A stretch of 64,000 nucleotides of DNA from an uncultured Candidatus Rokubacteria bacterium. GTDB lineage: Bacteria > Methylomirabilota > Methylomirabilia > Rokubacteriales > CSP1-6. Below, piece after piece: positions 42,155 to 51,499 of this stretch. Made by a program: the position numbers and the translations under genes. The stretch spans positions 128,001-192,000 of the forward strand of contig CAVXJS010000015.1 in assembly GCA_963762145.1 (NCBI GenBank), read 5' to 3'. Each line of letters opens with the position of its first letter. The stretch's first letter is position 1. A model generated the notes under the pieces. The model was not told the DNA's origin and searched no databases. It was given only the letters and a program-made list of their open reading frames with translations.

Positions 42155-43096
42155 CTAGTCCCTCCGGAGAAACCGCAGCATCAGGATCACGATCAGGGCG
42201 AGGAACGGGAAGATGAACAGGGTGATGGCGGCCCCCATGCCGAGGTCGCCGGCGTTGATGCCGATGTTGTAGGCATAGGTGCCGAACACGTGCGTGGTGT
42301 TGTACGGCCCGCCCTGGGTCAGGAGCCACACCGCCGAGAAGTCGGTGAACGAGAACACCACCGAGTAGAGGAGGCCGACGAGCAGGATCGGCCGCACGAT
42401 GGGCACGATCACGTAGTGGAAGCGGCGCAGCGGCCCGGCCCCGTCGATCTTGGCCGCCTCGATGACCTCCTGGGGCACCGCGGTCAGCCCGGCGAGCAGG
42501 ATCACCGCCGAGAACGGGAAGCCCCGCCAGACGTTCATGATGATGACCGACCACATGGCCAGCCCGGGCTCGCCGAGCCACTGCCACGGGTAGTCGATGA
42601 TGTGCGCGCGCATCAGCATCCAGTTGATGACGCTGTAGAGCGAGTCGAACATCCACTTCCAGGCGAGCGACGAGAGCGCGATCGGGATCACGAACGGGAT
42701 CAGGATGATCCCCTGCGCGATGCGCTTGCCCTTGAACGAGCGGTTGAGGGCGAAGGCCAGCGGCAGCCCGATGATGAGCCGGATCAGCTCCGAGCCGATG
42801 GTGAAGACGAAGGAGTTGCGTACGGTCTGCCAGAAGGTCGGGTCGGCGAACAGACGGGTGTAGTTCTGCAGGCCCACGAAGTGGGAGTCGGGCGAGCCGA
42901 CTCGGGCGCTCGAGACCGACAGGTAGATCGACATGAAGAACGGGTAGGCGATGAAGAAGGCCAGGTAGAGAAACGCGGGGGCGATCCAGAGGAAGCCCTG
43001 CACCGACTCGCGCTGGAACCAGCCGCCCCGCGCCGATGCCCGGGCGCGCGCGACCGGCTCCGCCGTCGCGCCGGCCAGCCCGGGGCCGTTGGTCAT
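42155..43096 (-). CDS. CUT1 ABC permease (MalF-like)
   Basis: FVGLQNY, WKWMFD, NVWRGFPF, EAAKIDGA, TQGGP. Confidence 0.93.
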   Translation of the reverse strand: MTNGPGLAGATAEPVARARASARGGWFQRESVQGFLWIAPAFLYLAFFIAYPFFMSIYLSVSSARVGSPDSHFVGLQNYTRLFADPTFWQTVRNSFVFTIGSELIRLIIGLPLAFALNRSFKGKRIAQGIILIPFVIPIALSSLAWKWMFDSLYSVINWMLMRAHIIDYPWQWLGEPGLAMWSVIIMNVWRGFPFSAVILLAGLTAVPQEVIEAAKIDGAGPLRRFHYVIVPIVRPILLVGLLYSVVFSFTDFSAVWLLTQGGPYNTTHVFGTYAYNIGINAGDLGMGAAITLFIFPFLALIVILMLRFLRRD

Positions 43097-43238
43097 GGAT
43101 CAGGCCCCGGCGGCGCCGGTGCGACCGGATGAGCGGGCAAGGGCCCAACGCTGGGTGTCCATGGTCCTAGTCTTATCCTCGGGATGGCGGACGTGCGGCG
43201 AGGCCGGAACGTGTGGCCAATCGAAGCGAGGCTCGAAT

Positions 43239-43268
43239 GTTATAGCACCCGCTCCGAAGGAGTGTCAA
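43239..43268 (-). promoter_or_regulatory. Putative sigma70 promoter for the minus-strand ABC operon
   Basis: Minus strand TTGACA-N18-TATAAC with an extended -10 TG. Confidence 0.55.
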
Positions 43269-43314
43269 CTTCCGGCGGGACGCCCGGGCGGTGCTTTTCT
43301 GATAGGGTAGCGCC

Positions 43315-44046
43315 GTGATCATCCTCGGCGTGATCCCGGCGCGGCTGCGGTCCACTCGCCTGCCCCGGAAGGCCCTGCGCGCGATCGGCGGCGTGCCGAT
43401 GGTGGTGCAGGTCTTCCGCCAGGCCTCCCGCGCTTCCGTGCTCTCCGATCTCCTCGTGGCCACCGACAGCGAAGAGATCGTCGAGGCCTGCCACGCCCAT
43501 CACGTGCCCGCCGTCATGACCAGCGCGGCCCATCCGTCGGGCACCGACCGGCTCTGGGAGGTCTCGCGGGCCCGTGCGGCCGACGTGTACGTCAATATCC
43601 AGGGCGACTATCCGACGATCACCCCGGGCCACATCGAGCGGCTCGTGAGGCCCTTCCTGAACGAGCCCGAGGTCCAGGTGACCACGCTCAAGATCCGCGC
43701 CACGCGGGAGGAGGTCGCGAGCCTCACCGTCAACAAGGTGGTCACCAACGTGCACGGCGACGCCCTGTACTTCTCGCACCTGCCCATTCCGTTCGACCGG
43801 GACAACCGCGGCGGCATCACCTACTGGAAGCACATCGGGCTCTACGCCTATCGGCGGGCGGTCCTCGACACCTTCCACTCGCTCGCCCCGTCCTCGCTCG
43901 AGCGAGCGGAGCAACTCGAACAGCTGCGCCTGATGGAGGCCGGCATCCCGATCCACGTGCTCGAGACCCACGAGCCCATCATCGGAGTGGATACCGAGGA
44001 GGACCTCCGGGCCGCCGAGGCCCAGTTGTCGTCGCGACCCCGGTGA
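43315..44046 (+). CDS. kdsB: 3-deoxy-manno-octulosonate cytidylyltransferase (CMP-Kdo synthetase)
   Basis: IPARLRSTRLPRK, VATD, SGTDR, VNIQGD, ALYFS, HIGLYAY, EQLEQLR, GVDTEEDL. Confidence 0.92.
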   Translation: MIILGVIPARLRSTRLPRKALRAIGGVPMVVQVFRQASRASVLSDLLVATDSEEIVEACHAHHVPAVMTSAAHPSGTDRLWEVSRARAADVYVNIQGDYPTITPGHIERLVRPFLNEPEVQVTTLKIRATREEVASLTVNKVVTNVHGDALYFSHLPIPFDRDNRGGITYWKHIGLYAYRRAVLDTFHSLAPSSLERAEQLEQLRLMEAGIPIHVLETHEPIIGVDTEEDLRAAEAQLSSRPR

Positions 44047-45233
44047 CCAATCGCTGGGTCGTGCTGGCCCTGATCATGGCCGCCCAGGTCATGGCCAACG
44101 TAGGTCCCCTCGGCATTCCCTCGATCGCCCCGCTCATCCGCGAGGACCTCGGCCTCTCGGTGACGCAGGCGGGCTCGTTCCTCTCCGCGTACTACATCGG
44201 ACCAGTGCTGATCTCGCTGCCCGCGGGTTGGCTCGCCGACCGCTGGGGCGTCCGGGGCGCCATGATCCTGGGCCAGGGCCTGATCGCGATCGGGCTCTTC
44301 GCGGCCGCGGCCGCGCCGAGCTTCTCGTTCCTGGTCGTGATCCTGGTGCTGGCCGGCGCCGGCTATGGCGTCCTCAACCCCACCACCACCAAGGCGGGCA
44401 TGGCGTGGTTCCCTCCGCACCAGCGCGCCACCGTCGTGGGCCTCAAGCAGATCGGCCTGCCGGGCGGCGGCGCGCTGGGCGCACTGATGATGCCCCCGCT
44501 GGCGCTGGCCTTCGGCTGGCGCCCGGCGGTCGCGTTCTCGGCGGCCGTGGTGGCCGGCCTCGCGGTACTGACCTGGGCGCTCTACCGCGATCTCCCGGAG
44601 CCGGCCTCGACCAGCCCCGCGCGGGCCCGGACCAGCTTCTGGACCGTGCTGGGCAATCGCGATCTCTGGCTGGTCGGCATCAGCACGCTGATCTTCGCGG
44701 GCGTGCAGACGGTGTTCCTCTCGTTCCTCGTGCTCTACCTGCGCGACGTCGTGGAGCTGCCCCTGGTGGTCGCGGCCAAGTACCTGGTCGCGGCGCAGGT
44801 GAGCGGGGTGGCCGGGCGCGTGCTGTTCGGGCTCCTCTCCGACCGGGTCTTCGGCGGACAGCGCCGCATCGTGCTCGGGATCGCGGGCCTGGGCTCGATC
44901 GCCTGCGCGCTCCTGCTCGCCGGCGCCGCGCCGGGCGCCGGTCCCGGGCTGCTGGCGCCGCTGGCCGCCGGCATCGGCTTCTTCGGCGTCGGGTGGAACG
45001 GCGTGCAGCACACGCTGATGGCCGAGCTGGCCGGGCCCCGCGCGGCGGGGACGGCGGTCGGGCTCGGCCTCGCGATCTCCTCGCTCGGCGTCACGGTCTG
45101 CCCGCCCGTGTTCGGCCTCGTGGTGGAGCGCGTGGGCGGCTACGGCTTCGCGTGGGCAACGCTGGCCGCGGGCATGGTGGTCGCGCTACTCTTGCTCATT
45201 CCCGTGCGCGAGAGGGCAATGGCGACCTCATGA
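44043..45233 (+). CDS. MFS transporter
   Basis: About 12 hydrophobic segments; motif A GWLADRWGVR and GLLSDR. Confidence 0.9.
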   Translation: MTNRWVVLALIMAAQVMANVGPLGIPSIAPLIREDLGLSVTQAGSFLSAYYIGPVLISLPAGWLADRWGVRGAMILGQGLIAIGLFAAAAAPSFSFLVVILVLAGAGYGVLNPTTTKAGMAWFPPHQRATVVGLKQIGLPGGGALGALMMPPLALAFGWRPAVAFSAAVVAGLAVLTWALYRDLPEPASTSPARARTSFWTVLGNRDLWLVGISTLIFAGVQTVFLSFLVLYLRDVVELPLVVAAKYLVAAQVSGVAGRVLFGLLSDRVFGGQRRIVLGIAGLGSIACALLLAGAAPGAGPGLLAPLAAGIGFFGVGWNGVQHTLMAELAGPRAAGTAVGLGLAISSLGVTVCPPVFGLVVERVGGYGFAWATLAAGMVVALLLLIPVRERAMATS

Positions 45234-46540
45234 CGCAGCGGTTGTTCTACGGCTGGGTGGTGCTGGCGGCGGCCTTCGTCATCATCACGATGTCCATCGG
45301 CACGCTCTTCACGCTCGGGGTCTTCCTCCGGCCCATCGAGGACTCGATGGGCTGGAGCCGGTCGGGCATCGGCGCCATCGGCCTCTTCAACTGGATCGTG
45401 ATGGGCGCGGGCGGCGTGGTGTCGGGCTTCGTCTCCGATCGCCTGGGCACACGCCGCGTCGTGATGGTCGGCGCGGTGCTGCTCGGCCTGGGCCTCGTGC
45501 TCTCGAGCTACGTGCAGCAGGTCTGGCAGCTCTACGTGACGTTCGGGCTCCTGGTGGGCGCGGGCGTGAGCGCCTTCTACGTGCCGCTCACCGTGCTCGC
45601 GATCAAGTGGTTCGAGGGACGTCGCGGCATGGCGGCCGCCGTCGTCTCCGCCGGCAATGGACTCGGCATCCTGGCGCTGGCTCCCCTCAGCCGCTGGCTG
45701 ATCAACGAGTTCGACTGGCGCGTGGCGTTCCTGGTGCTGGGGAACCTGGCGTGGGTCGTCGTCTTGCCGACCGCGTTGCTCTTGAGGGCGCCTGGCGGAC
45801 AACCGGGCGGCAGCGGGCAACCGGCTGGCAGATTGTCGTTTAGTTCTTCAAGCTCTCCAAATGCGGGGGCCCAGAAATGGCCCCCGCACTCCCCCAGTGG
45901 CGGACAGCCGTCTCCAGCGTTGGGCTTCGATGGGCGGTCTCCGTGGAAGACCTGGCCGTTCTGGGCGATTGCGCTCACGCACTTTTGCTGCTGCGCGGCG
46001 CACTCGGGGCCGCTGTTTCATCTCGTGAGTCATGCCATGGACCAGGGCGTGCCCAGGATGGCGGCCGCCGGCATCCTCGGCGCGTCGGGGCTGACGTCGA
46101 TCTTCGGCCGGGTCGGCACCGGCGATGATCGCCGACCGGGTCGGTGCCAAGCGCACCCTGCTGATCGCCCTGAGCCTGCAGGCGGCCCTGATCTTCCTGT
46201 ACCTCTTCGCCGGCACCGAGAGCGCGCTCTGGATCCTTTCACTGGCCTTCGGCGTCGCCTACGGGGGCGCCATGCCGCTGTATGCGGTCGTCACCCGGGA
46301 GTACTTCGGTGAACGCGTCTTGGGCACGGCCTACGGCGGGGTCTTCTTCATCTCGTGCATCGGAATGGGCCTCGGCTCCTACGCCGGAGGGGCGATCCAC
46401 GATCTGCTGGGCAGCTATCAGTGGCTCTTCCTGGGCTCATTCGCGATCGGGACGATGGCGATTGTTCTGGGCGTGACACTGAGGGCCCCGGTGACGGCCC
46501 CGGTCCCGCGGCCGAGCCCCGCGCCCCGGGGGCTGAACAG
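45230..46540 (+). CDS. MFS transporter (OFA-like) with an in-frame repeat in the central loop; frameshift near 46125, 3' end uncertain
   Basis: ATGA-coupled start; FYGWVV, GFVSDRLG, KWFEGRRG; second half (ADRVGAK, REYFG) in another frame. Likely stop near 46536, otherwise 46754. Confidence 0.8.
45861..45910. repeat. REP-like palindromic repeat, family A copy 3 (inside MFS CDS)
   Basis: ATGCGGGGGCCCAGAAATGGCCCCCGCACTCCCCCAGTGGCGGACAGCCG. Confidence 0.85.
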
Positions 46541-46756
46541 CCGTTTCCCGTTGACAGGACGTGGCGTTCCTTGCAAGAATCTGCCACCACTTAGCCAGCG
46601 CTCTTACCATCCCAATCGCAATCTCCGTGATGGCCGTCACGAGGTCTCGACCTCGCAGCCGGGGCACCTACCCCGCAGGGAAAACCTCGCGCACATGAGA
46701 CGCGATGGAACGCTGCCCCAAAACCGCTGGTTCACCGGGTCAAGGAGGACCTGATC

Positions 46757-48112
46757 ATGACCGAGCAAGACCCGAAGGAGACCGGCGTCGTCCAGCTCGA
46801 TCGCCGCGCATTCATCAAGACGGCGGGAGCCGCCACGGCGGTCGCCGGAGGCATCGAGGGGATCCTGGCCGCACGGCGTGCGCCGGCCTTTGCCCAGGGC
46901 ACCAAGCTGCACCTCGTGCGCTGGGTGGACTTCATCCCGGAAGCCGACGTCGAGCTGAAGCGCCAGATGCCGGAAGCGGGCAAGGCCCTGGGCGCCGAGG
47001 TGACGCTCGAGACGATCAACGCCAACGACCTGCAGCCGCGCATCACCGCCGCGATCCAGTCGGGCTCGGGCGCCGACCTCTTCATGATGGCGTACAACTG
47101 GCCTCAGCTCTACCAGAACGCGCTCGCCGACGTCACCGACGTCGCGGAGGCGATCGGCAAGGCTCAGGGCGGTTTCTACGGCGTCTACCGGCCGTCGTTC
47201 CAGACGGGCGGCAAGTGGCTGGGCGTCCCCCACTCCATCGTGGGCAACGCGATCGCATACCGGAAGTCCTGGTTCAAGGAGATCGGGATCGACGGGTTCC
47301 CCAAGACCTGGGACGAGCTGCGCCGCGCCGCGACCGCGCTCAAGAAGAAGGGCAAGCCATACGGCCAGACCCTCGGCCACACGTTCGGCGACGCGCCCAC
47401 CTGGGCCTATCCCTTGCTCTGGTCCTTCGGCGGTGCCGAGACTGACCCGAGCGGCAAGAAGGTCGTGATCAACTCGAAGGAATCGATGGAAGCGGTCAAG
47501 TACATGGCCGCGCTGTGGAAGGACGGCTGCGACGAGGGCGGGCTGGCCTGGGACGACACCAACAACAACCGCGCGTTCCACGCGGGCGAGATCGCGGCGA
47601 CACTGAACGGGGCCAGCATCTACATCGTGGCCAAGCGCCAGAAGGAGAAGATCAAGGACGACAAGGGCGAGCCCCTGTTCATGGACGTCGATCACGCGAT
47701 CTACCCGCTCGCCGGAGGCAAGGGGATCTACCCCCTGTACTTCAGTAACGGGCACGCGATCATGAAGTACTCGAAGAACCAGAAGCTGGCGAAGGATCTC
47801 CTCCGCTGGATACACAAGGACGAGAACTTCGAGAAGTGGTTCCAGGTGTGCGAGGGCTACAGCGTGGCCGCCACGACCGCGTGGGAGAAACACCCCATGT
47901 GGGGCCGGATCGACAAGCCGCTCCAGATGTTCCGCACCGCGGCGCGGGACACCCGCATCTTCGGCTACGCGGGGCCGTCCACCGGCAAGGCCACCGAGGC
48001 GTTCTCCAAGTACATCGTCGTCGACATGTTCGCGAAGGCAGCCCAGGGGATGAAGCCCGAGGACGCGGTCAAATGGGCCGAGGGCGAGCTCAAGAAGGTC
48101 TACGAGGCCTGA
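46757..48112 (+). CDS. CUT1 ABC substrate-binding protein with Tat signal
   Basis: AAGGAGG RBS; DRRAFIK; RWVDFIP, YRKSWF, PKTWDEL, WDDTNNNRAF. Confidence 0.92.
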   Translation: MTEQDPKETGVVQLDRRAFIKTAGAATAVAGGIEGILAARRAPAFAQGTKLHLVRWVDFIPEADVELKRQMPEAGKALGAEVTLETINANDLQPRITAAIQSGSGADLFMMAYNWPQLYQNALADVTDVAEAIGKAQGGFYGVYRPSFQTGGKWLGVPHSIVGNAIAYRKSWFKEIGIDGFPKTWDELRRAATALKKKGKPYGQTLGHTFGDAPTWAYPLLWSFGGAETDPSGKKVVINSKESMEAVKYMAALWKDGCDEGGLAWDDTNNNRAFHAGEIAATLNGASIYIVAKRQKEKIKDDKGEPLFMDVDHAIYPLAGGKGIYPLYFSNGHAIMKYSKNQKLAKDLLRWIHKDENFEKWFQVCEGYSVAATTAWEKHPMWGRIDKPLQMFRTAARDTRIFGYAGPSTGKATEAFSKYIVVDMFAKAAQGMKPEDAVKWAEGELKKVYEA

Positions 48113-48149
48113 TCGACGGGGCCCGACCGGCGGGCCCAAGGAGGGGTCG

Positions 48150-49502
48150 ATGACGACTCCCGATCGAGACAGCAGCATCGGTTCACGCGCGGTCAGCCGT
48201 CGCACGTTCCTGGCCGGATCCGCCGCCGCCGGCGTCGCCGCCGCGGCGGGCCTGGAAGGCATCCTGGCCGCGGGGCGCGCCCCGGCCTTCGCCCAGGGCA
48301 CGCGCCTCAACATCGTCCGCTGGGTGGACTTCATCCCCGCGTGCGACGTGGAGCTCAAGCGCCAGGCAGTCGACGCGAGCAAGGAACTCGGGGCCGAGGT
48401 GGTATTCGAGTTCATCAACGCCAACGACATCCAAGCCCGGGTCACCGCGGCCATGCAGTCGGGCGCGGGCCCGGACATCATCCAGATGCTCCACAACTGG
48501 CCGCACCTCTACGCGAACGGGCTCGTGGATGTGAGCGACCTCGTCGCCTGGCAGGTGAAGGAGCAGGGCGCGCTCTACCCCCTGTCCGATGCCAATACCA
48601 AGGTGGCCGGCAAGTACCTGGCGCTGCCGCACGGCATCGTGCCCGGCCTCATCGCCTACCGGAAGTCGTGGTTCGACGAGATCGGCGCCACCACCTTCCC
48701 CAAAACCTACGAGGAGCTGCGCCAGGTCGCGATGAAGCTCAAGAAGAAGGGCAAGCCCTACGGCCAGACCCTCGGCCACACCTTTGGCGACGCCCCGGGC
48801 TGGGCCTACCCGCTGATGTGGAACTACGGCGGGATGGAGGTCGACAAGAGCGGCAAGACCGCCATCGACAGCAAGGGCACGGTCGAGGCGGTCAAGTTCA
48901 TGACCGCGTTCTGGAAGGACGGCTGCGACGAGGGCGGACTGGCCTGGGACGACACCAACAACAACCGCGCCTTCCTCGCCGGCGAGATCTGCGCCTCGCT
49001 CAATGGGGCCTCGATCTACATCGCGGCCAAGCGCGGCCAGGAGAAGATCAAGGACGACAAGGGCGAGCCGATGGTGCGTGACATCCAGCACGCGCGCCTG
49101 CCCGCCGGCCCGGCCGGCTCGTGGAGCTACCAGGCCTCTTTCCACCACGGGGTCATGAAGTACGGGAAGAACCAGAAGCTGGCCAAGGACTTCCTGAAGT
49201 GGCTCCACGGCAAGGAGCAATTCGGCAAGTGGTTCCAGGTGGCGGAGGGCTTCTCGATCGGCTCCACCAAGTTCTGGGAACAACATCCCCTCTGGACGAC
49301 GATCGACGAGCCGATGAAGGGCTTCCGGACCGCCGCCGACAACTCGCGGGTCTTCGGGCACGCGGGGCCGCCGTCGGCAAAGGCCACCGAGGCCTACTCC
49401 AAGTACGTCGTCGTGGACATGTTCGCCAAGGGGGCCCAGGGCATGAAGGCGGAAGACGCCACCGCGTGGGCGGCGACCGAGCTCAAGAAGATCTACGGAT
49501 GA
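48150..49502 (+). CDS. CUT1 ABC substrate-binding protein with Tat signal (tandem paralogue)
   Basis: SRRTFLA; long blocks identical to the 46757 gene (GKPYGQTLGHTFGDAP, WKDGCDEGGLAWDDTNNNRAF, EKIKDDKGEP). Confidence 0.92.
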   Translation: MTTPDRDSSIGSRAVSRRTFLAGSAAAGVAAAAGLEGILAAGRAPAFAQGTRLNIVRWVDFIPACDVELKRQAVDASKELGAEVVFEFINANDIQARVTAAMQSGAGPDIIQMLHNWPHLYANGLVDVSDLVAWQVKEQGALYPLSDANTKVAGKYLALPHGIVPGLIAYRKSWFDEIGATTFPKTYEELRQVAMKLKKKGKPYGQTLGHTFGDAPGWAYPLMWNYGGMEVDKSGKTAIDSKGTVEAVKFMTAFWKDGCDEGGLAWDDTNNNRAFLAGEICASLNGASIYIAAKRGQEKIKDDKGEPMVRDIQHARLPAGPAGSWSYQASFHHGVMKYGKNQKLAKDFLKWLHGKEQFGKWFQVAEGFSIGSTKFWEQHPLWTTIDEPMKGFRTAADNSRVFGHAGPPSAKATEAYSKYVVVDMFAKGAQGMKAEDATAWAATELKKIYG

Positions 49503-49503
49503 G

Positions 49504-50469
49504 ATGAAGAAACCCATCGCGGGCGGGTCGGGAGTGGCCGGCATGGAGGTCGTGCTGCCCCATCCAGGCACCTCCCGGCCCTCCGGGATGACGCGCTTTC
49601 TCGAGAACGAGCGGCTGCTCGCCGCGATGCTGCTCGCCCCCACCGTCGTCCTGCTCGGCCTGTTCATCGCCTACCCGTTCGTGATGGGGGTGTGGCTGTC
49701 GCTCACCAACGTCAGCGTGGGCAACCCGGGCGAGTTCGTCGGGATCAAAAACTTCATCAAGGCGTGGAACGACTCGATCTTCCGGACCGCGTTCTACAAC
49801 ACGACCTTCTACACCTTCTGGGCTACGATCTTCAAGCTGGCGCTGGGCATGTGGCTGGCGCTTCTGCTCAATCGCCATTTCCGGGGCAAGCGCATCGTGC
49901 GGGCCGCGATGCTGCTGCCGTTCATCGTGCCCACCGTGCTCTCCACCTTCGCGTGGCGCTGGATGTTCGATCCCACGTTCAGCGTGCTGAACTGGCTGCT
50001 CTACCAGGGCGGCTTCATCACCACCAAGCTCCCGTTCCTCTCCGACGGCACCTACGGCATGTGGTGCGCGATCGTGGTGAACACCTGGCGCGGCATGCCC
50101 TTCTTCGCCATCACGCTGCTGGCCGGCCTGCAGACCATCAGCACGGATCTCCAGGAAGCGGCCTCGCTGGATGGCGCCAACGGCTGGCAGCGGTTCTGGC
50201 ACGTGACCCTGCCGCTGCTCAAGCCGGTGACCCTGGTGGTGGTCGTCTTCTCGATCATCCAGACGTTCTCCGACTTCCAGCTCATCTACGTCCTGACCGG
50301 CGGCGGGCCCGCCAATGCCACTCACCTGCTCTCCACGTACGCCTACCAGATCGGGGTCGCCACCGGGTTGCTCGGCGAGGGCGCGGCCATCTCGCTGTTC
50401 ATGCTGCCGGTCCTCTTCCTCGTGGTCTGGCTCCAGCTCCGCTACCTCCGCCGCATGGAAGGGGCCTAG
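49504..50469 (+). CDS. CUT1 ABC permease (MalF-like)
   Basis: FVGIKNF, WRWMFD, NTWRGMPF, EAASLDGA, TGGGP. Confidence 0.92.
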   Translation: MKKPIAGGSGVAGMEVVLPHPGTSRPSGMTRFLENERLLAAMLLAPTVVLLGLFIAYPFVMGVWLSLTNVSVGNPGEFVGIKNFIKAWNDSIFRTAFYNTTFYTFWATIFKLALGMWLALLLNRHFRGKRIVRAAMLLPFIVPTVLSTFAWRWMFDPTFSVLNWLLYQGGFITTKLPFLSDGTYGMWCAIVVNTWRGMPFFAITLLAGLQTISTDLQEAASLDGANGWQRFWHVTLPLLKPVTLVVVVFSIIQTFSDFQLIYVLTGGGPANATHLLSTYAYQIGVATGLLGEGAAISLFMLPVLFLVVWLQLRYLRRMEGA

Positions 50470-50475
50470 CCCGAC

Positions 50476-51396
50476 ATGCAATCTCCGAAGCTGGTGGGGG
50501 GGCACGGGGGAGGAGCGGCAGCGGCGCTCCCCCCATTCAGAACAATGGTTATTGAAAGGCGCTGGAAGCGGTGGGTGTACTTCTATATCCCGCTCACCAT
50601 CTTCATCATCGGCACCTTGTTCCCGTTCTACTGGATGCTGATCACCGCGATCCGGCCGGACGCGGAGCTCTACCGCTCCTGGCGGGCCGCCAACAACACG
50701 CCGTTCTGGACGCTGCAACCGACCCTCGAGCACTTCCGGGATCTCATGGCCAAGACCACGTTCCCGAAGTGGCTGTGGAACACGTTCTTCATCGCCTGCG
50801 TGTCTACCGTGATCTCGCTGTTCTGCGGGCTCCTGGCCGGCTACGCGCTCGGGCGGCTCAAGTTCCCGATGGCGGGCACGCTCGGCACCAGCATCTTCGT
50901 CACCTACCTGGTGCCGCCGACCCTGCTCTTCATCCCGCTCGCCAACATCATCCGCACCTTCCAGCTCGGGGACACGCCGTGGGCGCTGATCCTCACCTAC
51001 CCGACCTTCCTGATCCCCTTCTGTACCTGGCTCCTGATGGGCTACTTCAAGACGATCCCCAAGGAGCTCGAGGAGTGCGCGCGCATCGACGGCGCCACCC
51101 GTTTCGGAGCCATGGTGCGCATCATCTTCCCGATCGCGGTGCCCGGGATCCTGTCCGCGGGCATCTTCGCGTTCACCCTGTCCTGGAACGAGTTCATCTA
51201 TGCGCTGGTGTTCCTCTCCTCGCCGGAGAAGAAGACGGTGCCGGTGGGCGTCGTCTCGGAGCTGATCCGCGGCGACATCTACTTCTGGGGCCAGCTCATG
51301 GCGGGAGCGCTGCTCGGCTCCATCCCCGTCGCGATCGTCTACTCGTTCTTCGTCGAGTACTACGTCACCGGCCTGACCGGCTCGGTCAAGGGCTGA
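50476..51396 (+). CDS. CUT1 ABC permease (MalG-like); start may be ATG 50545
   Basis: FPFYWM, ELEECARIDG, SWNEF, GDIYFWGQLM; first 23 codons contain a palindromic insert. Confidence 0.9.
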   Translation: MQSPKLVGGHGGGAAAALPPFRTMVIERRWKRWVYFYIPLTIFIIGTLFPFYWMLITAIRPDAELYRSWRAANNTPFWTLQPTLEHFRDLMAKTTFPKWLWNTFFIACVSTVISLFCGLLAGYALGRLKFPMAGTLGTSIFVTYLVPPTLLFIPLANIIRTFQLGDTPWALILTYPTFLIPFCTWLLMGYFKTIPKELEECARIDGATRFGAMVRIIFPIAVPGILSAGIFAFTLSWNEFIYALVFLSSPEKKTVPVGVVSELIRGDIYFWGQLMAGALLGSIPVAIVYSFFVEYYVTGLTGSVKG

Positions 51397-51499
51397 CGCC
51401 GGCCAAGAGGAGGTGATCAGGCCCCCCAGAAGCGCGCAATCGCATCCGTAAGCAGGGATCGATCTCTCGGCCCCCAAACCCTCATCGCGGAGGCTCGCC

